A DNA stretch of 64,000 nt. It comes from a virus. Its lineage: Duplodnaviria; Heunggongvirae; Uroviricota; Caudoviricetes. The notes beneath the pieces were generated by a model that did not search any database, was not told where the DNA came from, and saw only the letters and a list, made by a program, of their open reading frames with translations. Every line of letters starts with the position of its first letter. Position 1 is the stretch's first letter. This document shows positions 52,550 to 61,023 of the stretch, one piece after another. The translations under genes were made by a program, and so were the position numbers. Where the stretch lies: the IMG/VR virus record IMGVR_UViG_3300046462_000479; one strand, given 5' to 3'.

Positions 52550-53074
52550 TTAGACCTCGACCGTGATACCGACGTAGCAGTTGACCGCAGCGCCCGCCGT
52601 GGTGCGATGGCGGAGGAACCCGGCCTGCACGATCTCCGGCTCGCGCCCGAGCGGATACTGGATGTAGATACCAGACGTGGGCGGAACGAAGTGCGTTGAC
52701 AGGTTGCGGACCGTGCCTGTCGGCGTAACCTCCGTCGCCCCGGTACCGAACCCGGAAGCGTTCGAGGCCAGCGAGAACATCGAGCCCGTCGACTGAGACG
52801 ACGCGTTCGGGTCGTTCGCCGGTGCGATGTCCGCGGACGCGTATGTCGTCAGCGTCGTCTGCGGCGCCGTGGTGTTGGCGATCAGCTCAACCGTGATCGG
52901 CGTCGCTGCCGCGGAGCCGTTGAACTCCGTCCACCATTCCACGACACGGTAGGTCCAGCCTGCCGTGGTGAGCAACTGCATCATCGTCTTGATCGCCGTG
53001 CCTGTCGTGATCGACACCGCTGCTGCCGCACCCGGCACCGCTCCGTTCATGATCGTGTAAGTCTTCGCAGCCAT
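52550..53074 (-). CDS. hypothetical virion protein (174 aa)
   Basis: ORF track. Confidence 0.5.
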   Translation of the reverse strand: MAAKTYTIMNGAVPGAAAAVSITTGTAIKTMMQLLTTAGWTYRVVEWWTEFNGSAAATPITVELIANTTAPQTTLTTYASADIAPANDPNASSQSTGSMFSLASNASGFGTGATEVTPTGTVRNLSTHFVPPTSGIYIQYPLGREPEIVQAGFLRHRTTAGAAVNCYVGITVEV

Positions 53075-53090
53075 TTCTCACTCCCTTCGC

Positions 53091-53309
53091 TTACTGCCGG
53101 GGCTGGTTCAGCAGAACCACGCCTTTTTCTTCTGAGTGGTACATGCGGTGATGTTGTTTCATCAGTAAACCCATCTGTCTGCGCGGGCCCATCGCGTGGT
53201 AGCCGCACAGTTCACAGTCGACAACCATGTCTCCGTCAGCGTCGAACGGGCTCCTATACGTCTCCTTGTTGAAGCTGGGAAGACGGGGAGCAACCACAAT
53301 CTGGCTCAT
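53091..53309 (-). CDS. C2H2-like Zn-finger small protein (72 aa)
   Basis: CELCGYH...HHRMYH. Confidence 0.4.
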   Translation of the reverse strand: MSQIVVAPRLPSFNKETYRSPFDADGDMVVDCELCGYHAMGPRRQMGLLMKQHHRMYHSEEKGVVLLNQPRQ

Positions 53310-53611
53310 CAGGATCCCGACGCCAGGAAGGAAACGTTTGATCCGGTCGATGCCACGATCCCGTAGATCGCCTCGTCCAGATGGAGCAGGATCTGCAAGG
53401 TCGTGGACGCAGCCATCGGATACCCGTTGGCCGTTGTCACGCCTTGCGGGCCGAGGAACACGGTCGCTCCTGAGCTGTTGGACAAGAAGATGCTCCTGTT
53501 CGGGTTCTGATACCCGCCCTGCGACTGGCCATAGGTCGGGTTCGGGGCTGGGACGATCTGTTTCCCTCCCACCGTGGTATCGACCGCAACCGTTCCGGAC
53601 GTGAGTGCCAC
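53309..53611 (-). CDS. hypothetical protein (100 aa)
   Basis: ORF track. Confidence 0.45.
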   Translation of the reverse strand: MALTSGTVAVDTTVGGKQIVPAPNPTYGQSQGGYQNPNRSIFLSNSSGATVFLGPQGVTTANGYPMAASTTLQILLHLDEAIYGIVASTGSNVSFLASGS

Positions 53612-53899
53612 TTATGCGCCACCCATTGCCGTCCACACCGCGTTACCGGCAGTACCGGCAGTCGTGCAACGGTAGAAATAGGTGGTCTCACCAGCAGCAT
53701 CCGTTTTGATGTACAGGTCGTTTACGTTGCCGCCGATCGTCGGCAGCCCCGCACCGGCGCTGAGCGTGCAGCCGTTCAGCCGGATCGGCGAAGAGAACGC
53801 GTTCGTGGTGCCGGTGTTCGCGTCCGTGTAGAAATCCATTCCCATCGCCTGGTTTGGGTACTGATCGCCAGGCGGTCCCTCGTCAGCGACATTGCTCAT
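53612..53899 (-). CDS. hypothetical protein (95 aa)
   Basis: SD GGAGGGTGACATG. Confidence 0.5.
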   Translation of the reverse strand: MSNVADEGPPGDQYPNQAMGMDFYTDANTGTTNAFSSPIRLNGCTLSAGAGLPTIGGNVNDLYIKTDAAGETTYFYRCTTAGTAGNAVWTAMGGA

Positions 53900-53900
53900 G

Positions 53901-54371
53901 TCACCCTCCTAACGCGGCCTCTGCCGCCGTTGCCGCGTCTTCGCCGCGTACCCGCGACCCGTCACTCAGCGTGTACCAGCCACCCCCTGTGTGTTCCGGG
54001 AAGGAGTGTGACATGTCACCCTGGTCTTCCTCTTCTTCGGCTTCTGGTTCGTCCTCGCTTACGGGCTGGACGGCATCCCGTTCCACTCCCTCGTAGTTCA
54101 GGTAGGAGTGGGTCGGGTCAGACAGGCCGTGCCCTGTTGGGGCAGCCGGATCAGGCAGCTGCCCCACGCTGGGCCAGTCTTCGCCGTCGTCTGGGACGTT
54201 GATGGCCATCATGGCGGCCTTCCCGAGTTCCACCAGATTGTCGGCCGCGCGTCCCCACTCGCCCGCAGGGATGACATCCCCAGGCTCGTAATCCACGATT
54301 AGACCAGAACCGATCGGATGTTCGGCCTTGATGGGCTTAACCGCGACGTAGGAGAAGACGATGTGAGGCAT
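53901..54371 (-). CDS. acidic hypothetical head-module protein (156 aa), containing an internal palindrome
   Basis: ORF track. Confidence 0.5.
   Translation of the reverse strand: MPHIVFSYVAVKPIKAEHPIGSGLIVDYEPGDVIPAGEWGRAADNLVELGKAAMMAINVPDDGEDWPSVGQLPDPAAPTGHGLSDPTHSYLNYEGVERDAVQPVSEDEPEAEEEEDQGDMSHSFPEHTGGGWYTLSDGSRVRGEDAATAAEAALGG
54006..54021. repeat. palindrome variant GTGTGACATGTCACCC inside a CDS; its central ATG is in frame
   Basis: Two mismatches. Confidence 0.8.
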
Positions 54372-55364
54372 TTACGCAGACACCGCCGTGTGGAAGTAGG
54401 CGCCGAGATCGGCGCCGACGATCTTGACAGCGAAGGCAAGCTCGCCCTCGATGCGGATCGTGCCGATGCCAAGCCACGGCATCGGGATCTGACTGATCCT
54501 GCTTCCGAACGCGCCCGCACCCAGAAGGCCTACCCAGGTGAAGATGTATCCGGCCGACGGAACCATGATCCCCGGCTGCGGCTCCGCGTAGAGCAGCAGC
54601 GCGTCCAGGGTCGGAGCGATGAACGCGAAGCTGTCAGCGCCACCCTGGTTGCCGTTGTTGATGATCGCGGCAGCAACGAGCACCTGGAAGTTGTCCACGC
54701 CAGGCGGAGCGATCAGCGACGCGAGCAGATCGGTCGTAACCACACCACGCTGGGTGTACTTGATGCGCTGCACGATCTCGTCGTGGTTCTTCAAGACCTC
54801 CCACACGCGCGGCCCCAACACGAACTTGTTCGGGAACTTGCCTGTGTTCTGCTTGATCGACCACACCTGCGCCTCGATGTCTTCCAGCGGCGTCGAGTTG
54901 GCCAGGTTCCACTGCGGCGACGGAACAATGTCCGCCCCGGTCGTGGAACCAGTCCACGTGGACACCGCCAGAATCGTTGCCTGAACCAGAACCTCTCTGG
55001 CCAGCAGCATCCGGTGCGTAATCCACAGCGTCGCGTCACGGTCGGCGTTCAGCGGCACATCGGAGTTGGCCCGGATCTGCGGGTCGACGTCCTTGTGGAA
55101 CGCGTAGAGCGGAGCGTAATACGACGGAGTGTTGTCCAGGTTGTATCCGCCACCGACCGACTCGGTCGACGGGGCACGGACCTGTGCTTCGTTCCGGAAC
55201 CAGTCGCCCTTCGTGTACACGAAGTACCTGTCGGACTGCTTCTGTACCGGCACGACAGGGAACACCTTGTCGGCGATGTAGTCCGAAGAGTCCTGCATGT
55301 ACGCCTGGCTGATGTTCGTCAGCGGGCGGTTAACGTGTACTTGGGCAAGATATGGCTCAGCCAT
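54372..55364 (-). CDS. major capsid protein (330 aa)
   Basis: Position after the scaffold; size; capsid-like composition. Confidence 0.6.
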   Translation of the reverse strand: MAEPYLAQVHVNRPLTNISQAYMQDSSDYIADKVFPVVPVQKQSDRYFVYTKGDWFRNEAQVRAPSTESVGGGYNLDNTPSYYAPLYAFHKDVDPQIRANSDVPLNADRDATLWITHRMLLAREVLVQATILAVSTWTGSTTGADIVPSPQWNLANSTPLEDIEAQVWSIKQNTGKFPNKFVLGPRVWEVLKNHDEIVQRIKYTQRGVVTTDLLASLIAPPGVDNFQVLVAAAIINNGNQGGADSFAFIAPTLDALLLYAEPQPGIMVPSAGYIFTWVGLLGAGAFGSRISQIPMPWLGIGTIRIEGELAFAVKIVGADLGAYFHTAVSA

Positions 55365-55385
55365 TTGCTGGTCTCACCCCTTCCC

Positions 55386-55820
55386 TTAGTCGCCCGCCGC
55401 AACCAGCCCGGAAGGCTGGAACAGCATCGAAGAAATGATTCCCGTGGACCCGGCTTCCATTGCCACGCCGAGGACCTGGGTTCCAGACACGGTGTACGGG
55501 GTACCCGTGAACACCGTTGCGCCTGTGTACTTGACTGCGCGGCCGGACGAGTCGGAGGAGAGCAGATCTCCTGCGTTGAACGATCCGCCGCACAGCACCT
55601 TGCTTGGCCCGCCAGTCCTGACCTGGCAGCCGATCGGGATCGCCGTCGTGCCGACCGGAGCGTCCTGCAGGACACCGAGTGCCCTCTGCCCGGTCGCGCA
55701 AGTGGCGATCATCCCGGTCGATGCCAGCTGGATGAACTTGAACTGGTTTGACGCCATCGTCGTGTTACACGTGAAGGTGAAATCCCAGCCTACGTTGGTG
55801 CCGAAAGCAGGTCCAGCCAC
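55386..55820 (-). CDS. putative head decoration protein (144 aa)
   Basis: Lies between the scaffold and the capsid gene. Confidence 0.4.
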   Translation of the reverse strand: MAGPAFGTNVGWDFTFTCNTTMASNQFKFIQLASTGMIATCATGQRALGVLQDAPVGTTAIPIGCQVRTGGPSKVLCGGSFNAGDLLSSDSSGRAVKYTGATVFTGTPYTVSGTQVLGVAMEAGSTGIISSMLFQPSGLVAAGD

Positions 55821-57008
55821 TTATGCCACCCCCCCGTTGCCAGCACCGTAGTGGTACTCCTCGGCCTGGTAACGCTCGTACAGGCGGGCACCCTCGGCGG
55901 TCTTAAGGACCCGGTCGAGCGCCTGCTCCTGCGACAGCTCGCCTGACTTCTCGACCAGGTCGGATGCCATCTTCTCGATCTGCGCCCACGGGCCTTCCTT
56001 GGTCTCGCCGTCGTTCAGTGACGCGCGTCCCATCTCCGTGAACAAGCCGCCCTTGGCGACTCTTTCCTCGGCACCGCTGAGAAGCGCTTCCAGCTTCTCG
56101 AACGTCTCCGGATCGAACTTCTCTGACGCCTCTTTCAGGATCGGAGCGAGGTCGTCGGTCGGAGCGACATGCGAGTAGGAGGCGGCCTTCTGGATCATGT
56201 CGCGGTGACGGAGATCGTCCTGCGACTTGGCCAGCTCCTCCCTCGTCTCTGCCAGCTCACTCTCTGTCTTGTCCGCCTTCGAGATGATCTCCTCGAAGAA
56301 CGGTCGGCTCTCAACAGGGACGCCAGAGAGGTCCCACGTCCCGTCTTCCTTGCGAACCGGCACCTGGACTTCCACTGTGCCCCCTTCGTTGGTTTCTACT
56401 TCGTTTGCCACATCGCCGCTATCGGAATCTGTCTCAGCTTTGCTGAACGGCTTCGCCTTGCGGCCGCCGAACGGCAGCTTCTTTTTCTTCTTGCCCTTAC
56501 TGTCGTCAGCGTCGTCGTCTGGCTCCGCGTCGTTCCCGTCGGAATCTTGGGCGACTTTCGGGGCGGACGCCGTTCCTTCCAGATCGGTGCCGGAACCGGA
56601 ACCGTCCTTGTCGGCCCCGGACGCGGACCCGTACGAGTCGTCCTCGTCGGCGTCTTCGTCGCCGAACAGCTCGGTGGGAGACTTCACCGACGTCGAGTTC
56701 AGCTTCGGGTTGTTACGGCCGTACAGTTCGGTGCCGAGCTTCTCTACCAGCTCGGGAGAAAACTCCCCCTCCACGCCTTTGAGTAGGCGTACGGCAGCGA
56801 CAACGGCCCGCTCGACGGTCTCGTCCATGATCCCGTCCTTGCGGATCTCATCAAGCAGGGCGCCTTCTCGCTCCCAGGGGACTTCGAGAATGTCGTCAAG
56901 CTCGCTGTCCAACTGGTCATCCCCTTTCAGCAGCAGAAAGCGCCGCTTATTCGCGGCGCGGCGGACGACAGAAACCTCGTCCCCATCTACTCCTCCGAGA
57001 AACCTCAC
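55821..57008 (-). CDS. scaffolding-like protein (acidic, coiled coil, 395 aa)
   Basis: Asp/Glu-rich low-complexity segments; position. Confidence 0.5.
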   Translation of the reverse strand: MRFLGGVDGDEVSVVRRAANKRRFLLLKGDDQLDSELDDILEVPWEREGALLDEIRKDGIMDETVERAVVAAVRLLKGVEGEFSPELVEKLGTELYGRNNPKLNSTSVKSPTELFGDEDADEDDSYGSASGADKDGSGSGTDLEGTASAPKVAQDSDGNDAEPDDDADDSKGKKKKKLPFGGRKAKPFSKAETDSDSGDVANEVETNEGGTVEVQVPVRKEDGTWDLSGVPVESRPFFEEIISKADKTESELAETREELAKSQDDLRHRDMIQKAASYSHVAPTDDLAPILKEASEKFDPETFEKLEALLSGAEERVAKGGLFTEMGRASLNDGETKEGPWAQIEKMASDLVEKSGELSQEQALDRVLKTAEGARLYERYQAEEYHYGAGNGGVA

Positions 57009-57026
57009 GTGCAGCGGTATCGGAAG

Positions 57027-59231
57027 CTACCGGCCGACCATCCAATCCTGCGGCTCCTGCCGCATATATCCGGTTTCGGATTGGGGGATCTGCATGTCGC
57101 GGCGGATGCCGGTGCCGCCGATGGACAGGCCCGTGTATTTGCCGTCCAGGACGTCCTGCCACACGGCCGGGTCTTCGCAGTGCAACACCATCACCCAGGT
57201 GCCCTTCTTCACCATCTCTGTGCCGTCGTAGGTGAAATCGGTGGGGGCAATGAACGACTCGACCGGGACTAGGCTTGGCTTGTTCGTTTTGAAGAATCCG
57301 GGGCGTGCGTGCTGCAGCTTCGACACCGACGCTTTCCCCTTGGCCACGTTCTTCATGTACTTGTGGGCGGCCGACTCGACCTCCTGCGGGATCATCCAGT
57401 CGTCCTGGCTGTCCAGGGCGTTTGGTTCCAGTACGACGCCGTAGATCAGCTGCCGGTGCTTGTCCGCCTTCTGTACCTGGTATTTCAGGCGCCGGTTGGC
57501 GTACATGATCGAGATGTTCTTCAGGGGGACATTGACGTGAACGTCTGAGATGGTGGGGCCGGAAACGGCTGCCATCGCGCCAGCCTCGCCCTGCCCTTCC
57601 AGTCCGGCGGCAGCGTCGCCTACGTCGTTGGAGGGGGGAGCGTCTCCGGCCGGACCTTCGGCGAAGTCTTTGCCGAGCATATCTCCGCCGATGATGTCCA
57701 GCACCTCGTTCCACGAATGGGGCGGCATTTCGGTGTAGTGGCTGACCACGTTCGGGTTGGTCCACTGCACGTTCCGGTTGGCGTCCTGCATGAAGTCGTT
57801 GGCCTGCACTTTCAGGCATTCTCCTTTGCGGGCCCGATGCTTGGTCGGGTTGGTGCGGCCGATGTAGTGGCCGTCGCGGGTGATCATCCGGTAGCTGTAG
57901 CCGCCGTCGGGTGTGCGGCTCATCCCGTGCACACGCAGGTTCAGTGTGGCCGGACGTGCCTGCGCTTTCTTCACCTCGAACGCCTTCTTCGCTTTCAGCT
58001 TGCCGCCTTTGAAGTCGATCTCTAGGATGGTGCCGGGACCGATCTCGTCGGCCTGGATCGCTCTGGTGTCGACTTTGCTGCGGTAGCCGTGGCCACCCAG
58101 CCAGCCTTCGGCCAGCTCGATGTTGCGGCTGTGGGTGATCAGCGCGACCGTGTGGCCTTGGTCGACCATCTTCAACAGCTTCTCCAACGCTGGGATGAAC
58201 CGCTTCTGGTAGGCGTTGAAGGATTCGCCGCCGTCGACGGGCTTGTCGGGATGGTCGTCCATGAACGGCTTCAGTTTCGGGATCACGTCCGCGGACGAGT
58301 GGCCTGCGAACGAGCCGAGGTTCCAGGGCCGGTAGGCGTTGTCTGACTTGACCGGGGCCCCGCAGATACGGCTGGCGATCTTCGAGGTCTGCTCGGCCCG
58401 TGTCAGCGTCGAGCTGTAGATCGTCTCCACTCCCGCGTTCTTCAAGAACTTGCCGAGGTTGCGGGCCTGTACGCGGCCTTGCGCGTCCAGCGGGATGTCG
58501 CGCCAGCCTTGCACGATGTCGTGCGGCGCTCCCGGCTTGTTGTAGCGGGTCTTCGCGTGCGAGACCAGGAACAGTTTCCCTGGCGTCGTTTTCATGGTCG
58601 GCTCGATCGCTTCCCCGAACTCGCGCAGCTTGTCACGCAGCCGGGCGGGAGGGTCTTCGGAGTGGCGTTCCTCCTGCACGTACAACGGGTCATGCTTGTC
58701 GATCCGTCCTTCCCAGCGGTCACAGACGTAGCCTTGGTCGACCTGGACGTTGTCGAACATTTCGCAGCGTCCGGCCGTGAAGAAGTCGCAGTTGCCGCAA
58801 TCTTCGTCTGCGTCGTCTGAGGGACGGTAGTGCGCCCAGCCGGGGATGCCGCTCTTCTTCACGGACTCGGCCAGCTCCTGCTTCTCCCATTCCTTTACGT
58901 CGCGGAGCGTCATCACGCCGCCGTTCGCTTCCACTTTCTCCCGGATGTTGGCGTGTTCCGGCTCAGCCAGACCGTCCAGCCAGTAGGACAGCTCCTGGTC
59001 GACAGGGTCGTGGCCGTACTTGTCGTTGCATTCGGACCGCAGGTCGGGATGGGCGGCCCAGAAGCGGCGTAGCTCCTGTTTGGCGTCCTCTTCGATGGCG
59101 CTGACGTTGGCGCAGTCTTTGTCGACGGTGTGGGGAAGCTTGCCTTTGTTGTCGAAATGATGGCGCTTCACCCAGTCGTGTCCAAAGCGGGCGTTCAGGT
59201 ACTCGCGCTGTTGTTGGCTACGGGCAGGCAT
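57027..59231 (-). CDS. prohead protease (HK97/S78-like C-terminal domain) fused to a degenerate histidine-phosphatase (PGAM/SixA-like) domain and a Cys-rich N-terminus (734 aa)
   Basis: C-terminus DSQDDWMIPQEV...LQHA...GLSIGG (His and Ser); middle QGWRDIPLDAQGRVQARNLGKFL...TIYSSTLTRAEQT...ALITHS. Confidence 0.7.
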   Translation of the reverse strand: MPARSQQQREYLNARFGHDWVKRHHFDNKGKLPHTVDKDCANVSAIEEDAKQELRRFWAAHPDLRSECNDKYGHDPVDQELSYWLDGLAEPEHANIREKVEANGGVMTLRDVKEWEKQELAESVKKSGIPGWAHYRPSDDADEDCGNCDFFTAGRCEMFDNVQVDQGYVCDRWEGRIDKHDPLYVQEERHSEDPPARLRDKLREFGEAIEPTMKTTPGKLFLVSHAKTRYNKPGAPHDIVQGWRDIPLDAQGRVQARNLGKFLKNAGVETIYSSTLTRAEQTSKIASRICGAPVKSDNAYRPWNLGSFAGHSSADVIPKLKPFMDDHPDKPVDGGESFNAYQKRFIPALEKLLKMVDQGHTVALITHSRNIELAEGWLGGHGYRSKVDTRAIQADEIGPGTILEIDFKGGKLKAKKAFEVKKAQARPATLNLRVHGMSRTPDGGYSYRMITRDGHYIGRTNPTKHRARKGECLKVQANDFMQDANRNVQWTNPNVVSHYTEMPPHSWNEVLDIIGGDMLGKDFAEGPAGDAPPSNDVGDAAAGLEGQGEAGAMAAVSGPTISDVHVNVPLKNISIMYANRRLKYQVQKADKHRQLIYGVVLEPNALDSQDDWMIPQEVESAAHKYMKNVAKGKASVSKLQHARPGFFKTNKPSLVPVESFIAPTDFTYDGTEMVKKGTWVMVLHCEDPAVWQDVLDGKYTGLSIGGTGIRRDMQIPQSETGYMRQEPQDWMVGR

Positions 59232-59239
59232 CAGAAGGA

Positions 59240-59255
59240 GTGTGACATGTCACAC
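59240..59255. repeat. 16-bp palindrome 9 nt upstream of the protease-fusion start
   Basis: Perfect match. Confidence 0.9.
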
Positions 59256-60697
59256 TAGGATTGTTCGCTTTTCGCTCCGGAAGGCTGCGCGTCCGAGCCG
59301 GGAGGACCGGCCCCGCTCAGCTGCCGCTGGTCGAAGTCGTATTTCTCTGGGTCGTTGATGGCTGGTGCGCCCATCTGTTCGTTGATCCACGGAAGCGTCG
59401 TTTCCCAGTCGATCGGGGCGCCGGTGCGGCCGATCCGGTTGATGAAGTTGCCCAGCGTGTCCAGGTCGATCGTTTCCACCGAGCTATGACACAGCTTCGG
59501 CATCTCGTCGGTGCGGCCGTTCAGCTTCCACAGGATAGGGATGCACTGCGTGTTAAAGACGCTGCTGATGATGTCAAGGTAGGCGCCCAAAGAGGCTGCA
59601 AACAGGTCCTTTTTCGTGACCGACAGCGCGTACGAGCCGACCTTGTCTTGGCCCATCATCACCAGGTCGGCCAACACCGAGGTGGCCATACGGTTCTCGT
59701 AGCGGCCGATGATCTGGCTGGTGTCGAACTGCCGTGATCCGGCTGACGCCATCAGCTGCAGCTCCCACCCGAACGGCAGCACCACGCCTTCCTGTTCGTC
59801 GCGGCGGATCGACGACACCACCGTTTTCGCCATCTGCAACATGTTGGCCATGCTGGTGTCGGACGCATCCCAAATGTCGGTGCCTTCCGGCGGGATCAGC
59901 ACAGGCAGACCGGCCAGGTCGCGCTCGATCCCGATCGCCTCGATCTGCTGGATGTTCTTAATGAACCACCAGGAGCGGTAGGCGTTGCGGAGGATGCTGC
60001 GGCCTTCCGGGTTGTCCTTGAAGATGGTGGTGCGGAAATGGAGCGCCTTGTTGCGCGGAATGAAGCGGAGCAGATAGTCGGGCGGCGGGTTCTGGATCAT
60101 GCCGTCGATCTCTCCGAAGTCGTTGAACACCCATTTCCACAGGCTGTCCTGGGAACGCAACGGGATCTTGGCCAGCCCGATCTGCCCGTCGTTGTACAGG
60201 CTGGACATGGTCGGACTCTGGTCCCAGCCTTTCCGGACCTTGAACACCATCTCGTGGTAGCTGTAGCCGTACTGGAGGAAGCTGATGATCTCGCTGATCG
60301 AGTCGGCCCAGCTGAACGCCATGTCTTCGCGGACCTCGTCGAACCATTTGGCTCCGGGACTGTCTTTCGGTTCGCTCCACCAGGTGACGCGACGCATGAG
60401 CATGGTGATGGCGTAGAGGACGGCCCCGATGATCGGGTCCTGGTCGCCCATCTCCCGGTATACCTCTGCGGCTCGGCGGCCCTGCTGCAGCTGGGTCAGC
60501 CATTCCTCGAAGACGAAGCCGCCCCAGTGTCTGAGACCGGATCGGCCGAACTCTTCTGTCAGGTCGCTACCGCCGTAGCCGAGGTTGTATTTCGTTTGTG
60601 GGCTGGCGGCTTTGCCCAGCATTGTGCGCGGGCCGAAGTCGCCGACGATGCGGCGGCCCTCGTTGGGGTGGTGTCCGTTGGTTCCGGCGAGAATCAC
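59255..60697 (-). CDS. portal protein (480 aa)
   Basis: Size and position upstream of the protease. Confidence 0.6.
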   Translation of the reverse strand: MILAGTNGHHPNEGRRIVGDFGPRTMLGKAASPQTKYNLGYGGSDLTEEFGRSGLRHWGGFVFEEWLTQLQQGRRAAEVYREMGDQDPIIGAVLYAITMLMRRVTWWSEPKDSPGAKWFDEVREDMAFSWADSISEIISFLQYGYSYHEMVFKVRKGWDQSPTMSSLYNDGQIGLAKIPLRSQDSLWKWVFNDFGEIDGMIQNPPPDYLLRFIPRNKALHFRTTIFKDNPEGRSILRNAYRSWWFIKNIQQIEAIGIERDLAGLPVLIPPEGTDIWDASDTSMANMLQMAKTVVSSIRRDEQEGVVLPFGWELQLMASAGSRQFDTSQIIGRYENRMATSVLADLVMMGQDKVGSYALSVTKKDLFAASLGAYLDIISSVFNTQCIPILWKLNGRTDEMPKLCHSSVETIDLDTLGNFINRIGRTGAPIDWETTLPWINEQMGAPAINDPEKYDFDQRQLSGAGPPGSDAQPSGAKSEQS

Positions 60698-61023
60698 GCG
60701 CTGTGAGTATCGCCCTCCGGGCGGATGCTGGTGATCACGCGGACCAGTCCCCCGTGTTTATCGACCAGATACATGCGTTTCAGGTCGGCCGTCCAGACGA
60801 ATCTCATCGTCCGGTCGCGTTCGTTGCCGTTGCGGCGGCCGCGAACACGGTTGCGGCTGGATACCGCCCAGGACGGCTGCCGGGTCGAGTAGCGGCCCGA
60901 GTCGAGCGCCTCGTTTACTTCCTGGGCAACAAGCAGACGCAGGTAGCTGCCGGACGCCATCTCTTCCGGGAACCGCTCCCGAAACTGGTCGACGGCATGG
61001 TGGGTTACCTCAACCGGCCTCAT
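60694..61023 (-). CDS. hypothetical protein (109 aa)
   Basis: ORF track. Confidence 0.45.
   Translation of the reverse strand: MRPVEVTHHAVDQFRERFPEEMASGSYLRLLVAQEVNEALDSGRYSTRQPSWAVSSRNRVRGRRNGNERDRTMRFVWTADLKRMYLVDKHGGLVRVITSIRPEGDTHSA

Noticed and set aside
232-59255. Palindrome as a host CRP/FNR-type site (TGTGA...TCACA)
   Set aside because: The half-sites match, but the spacer is 4 nt rather than 6 nt. A dedicated phage-encoded regulator or an RNA hairpin is more likely.
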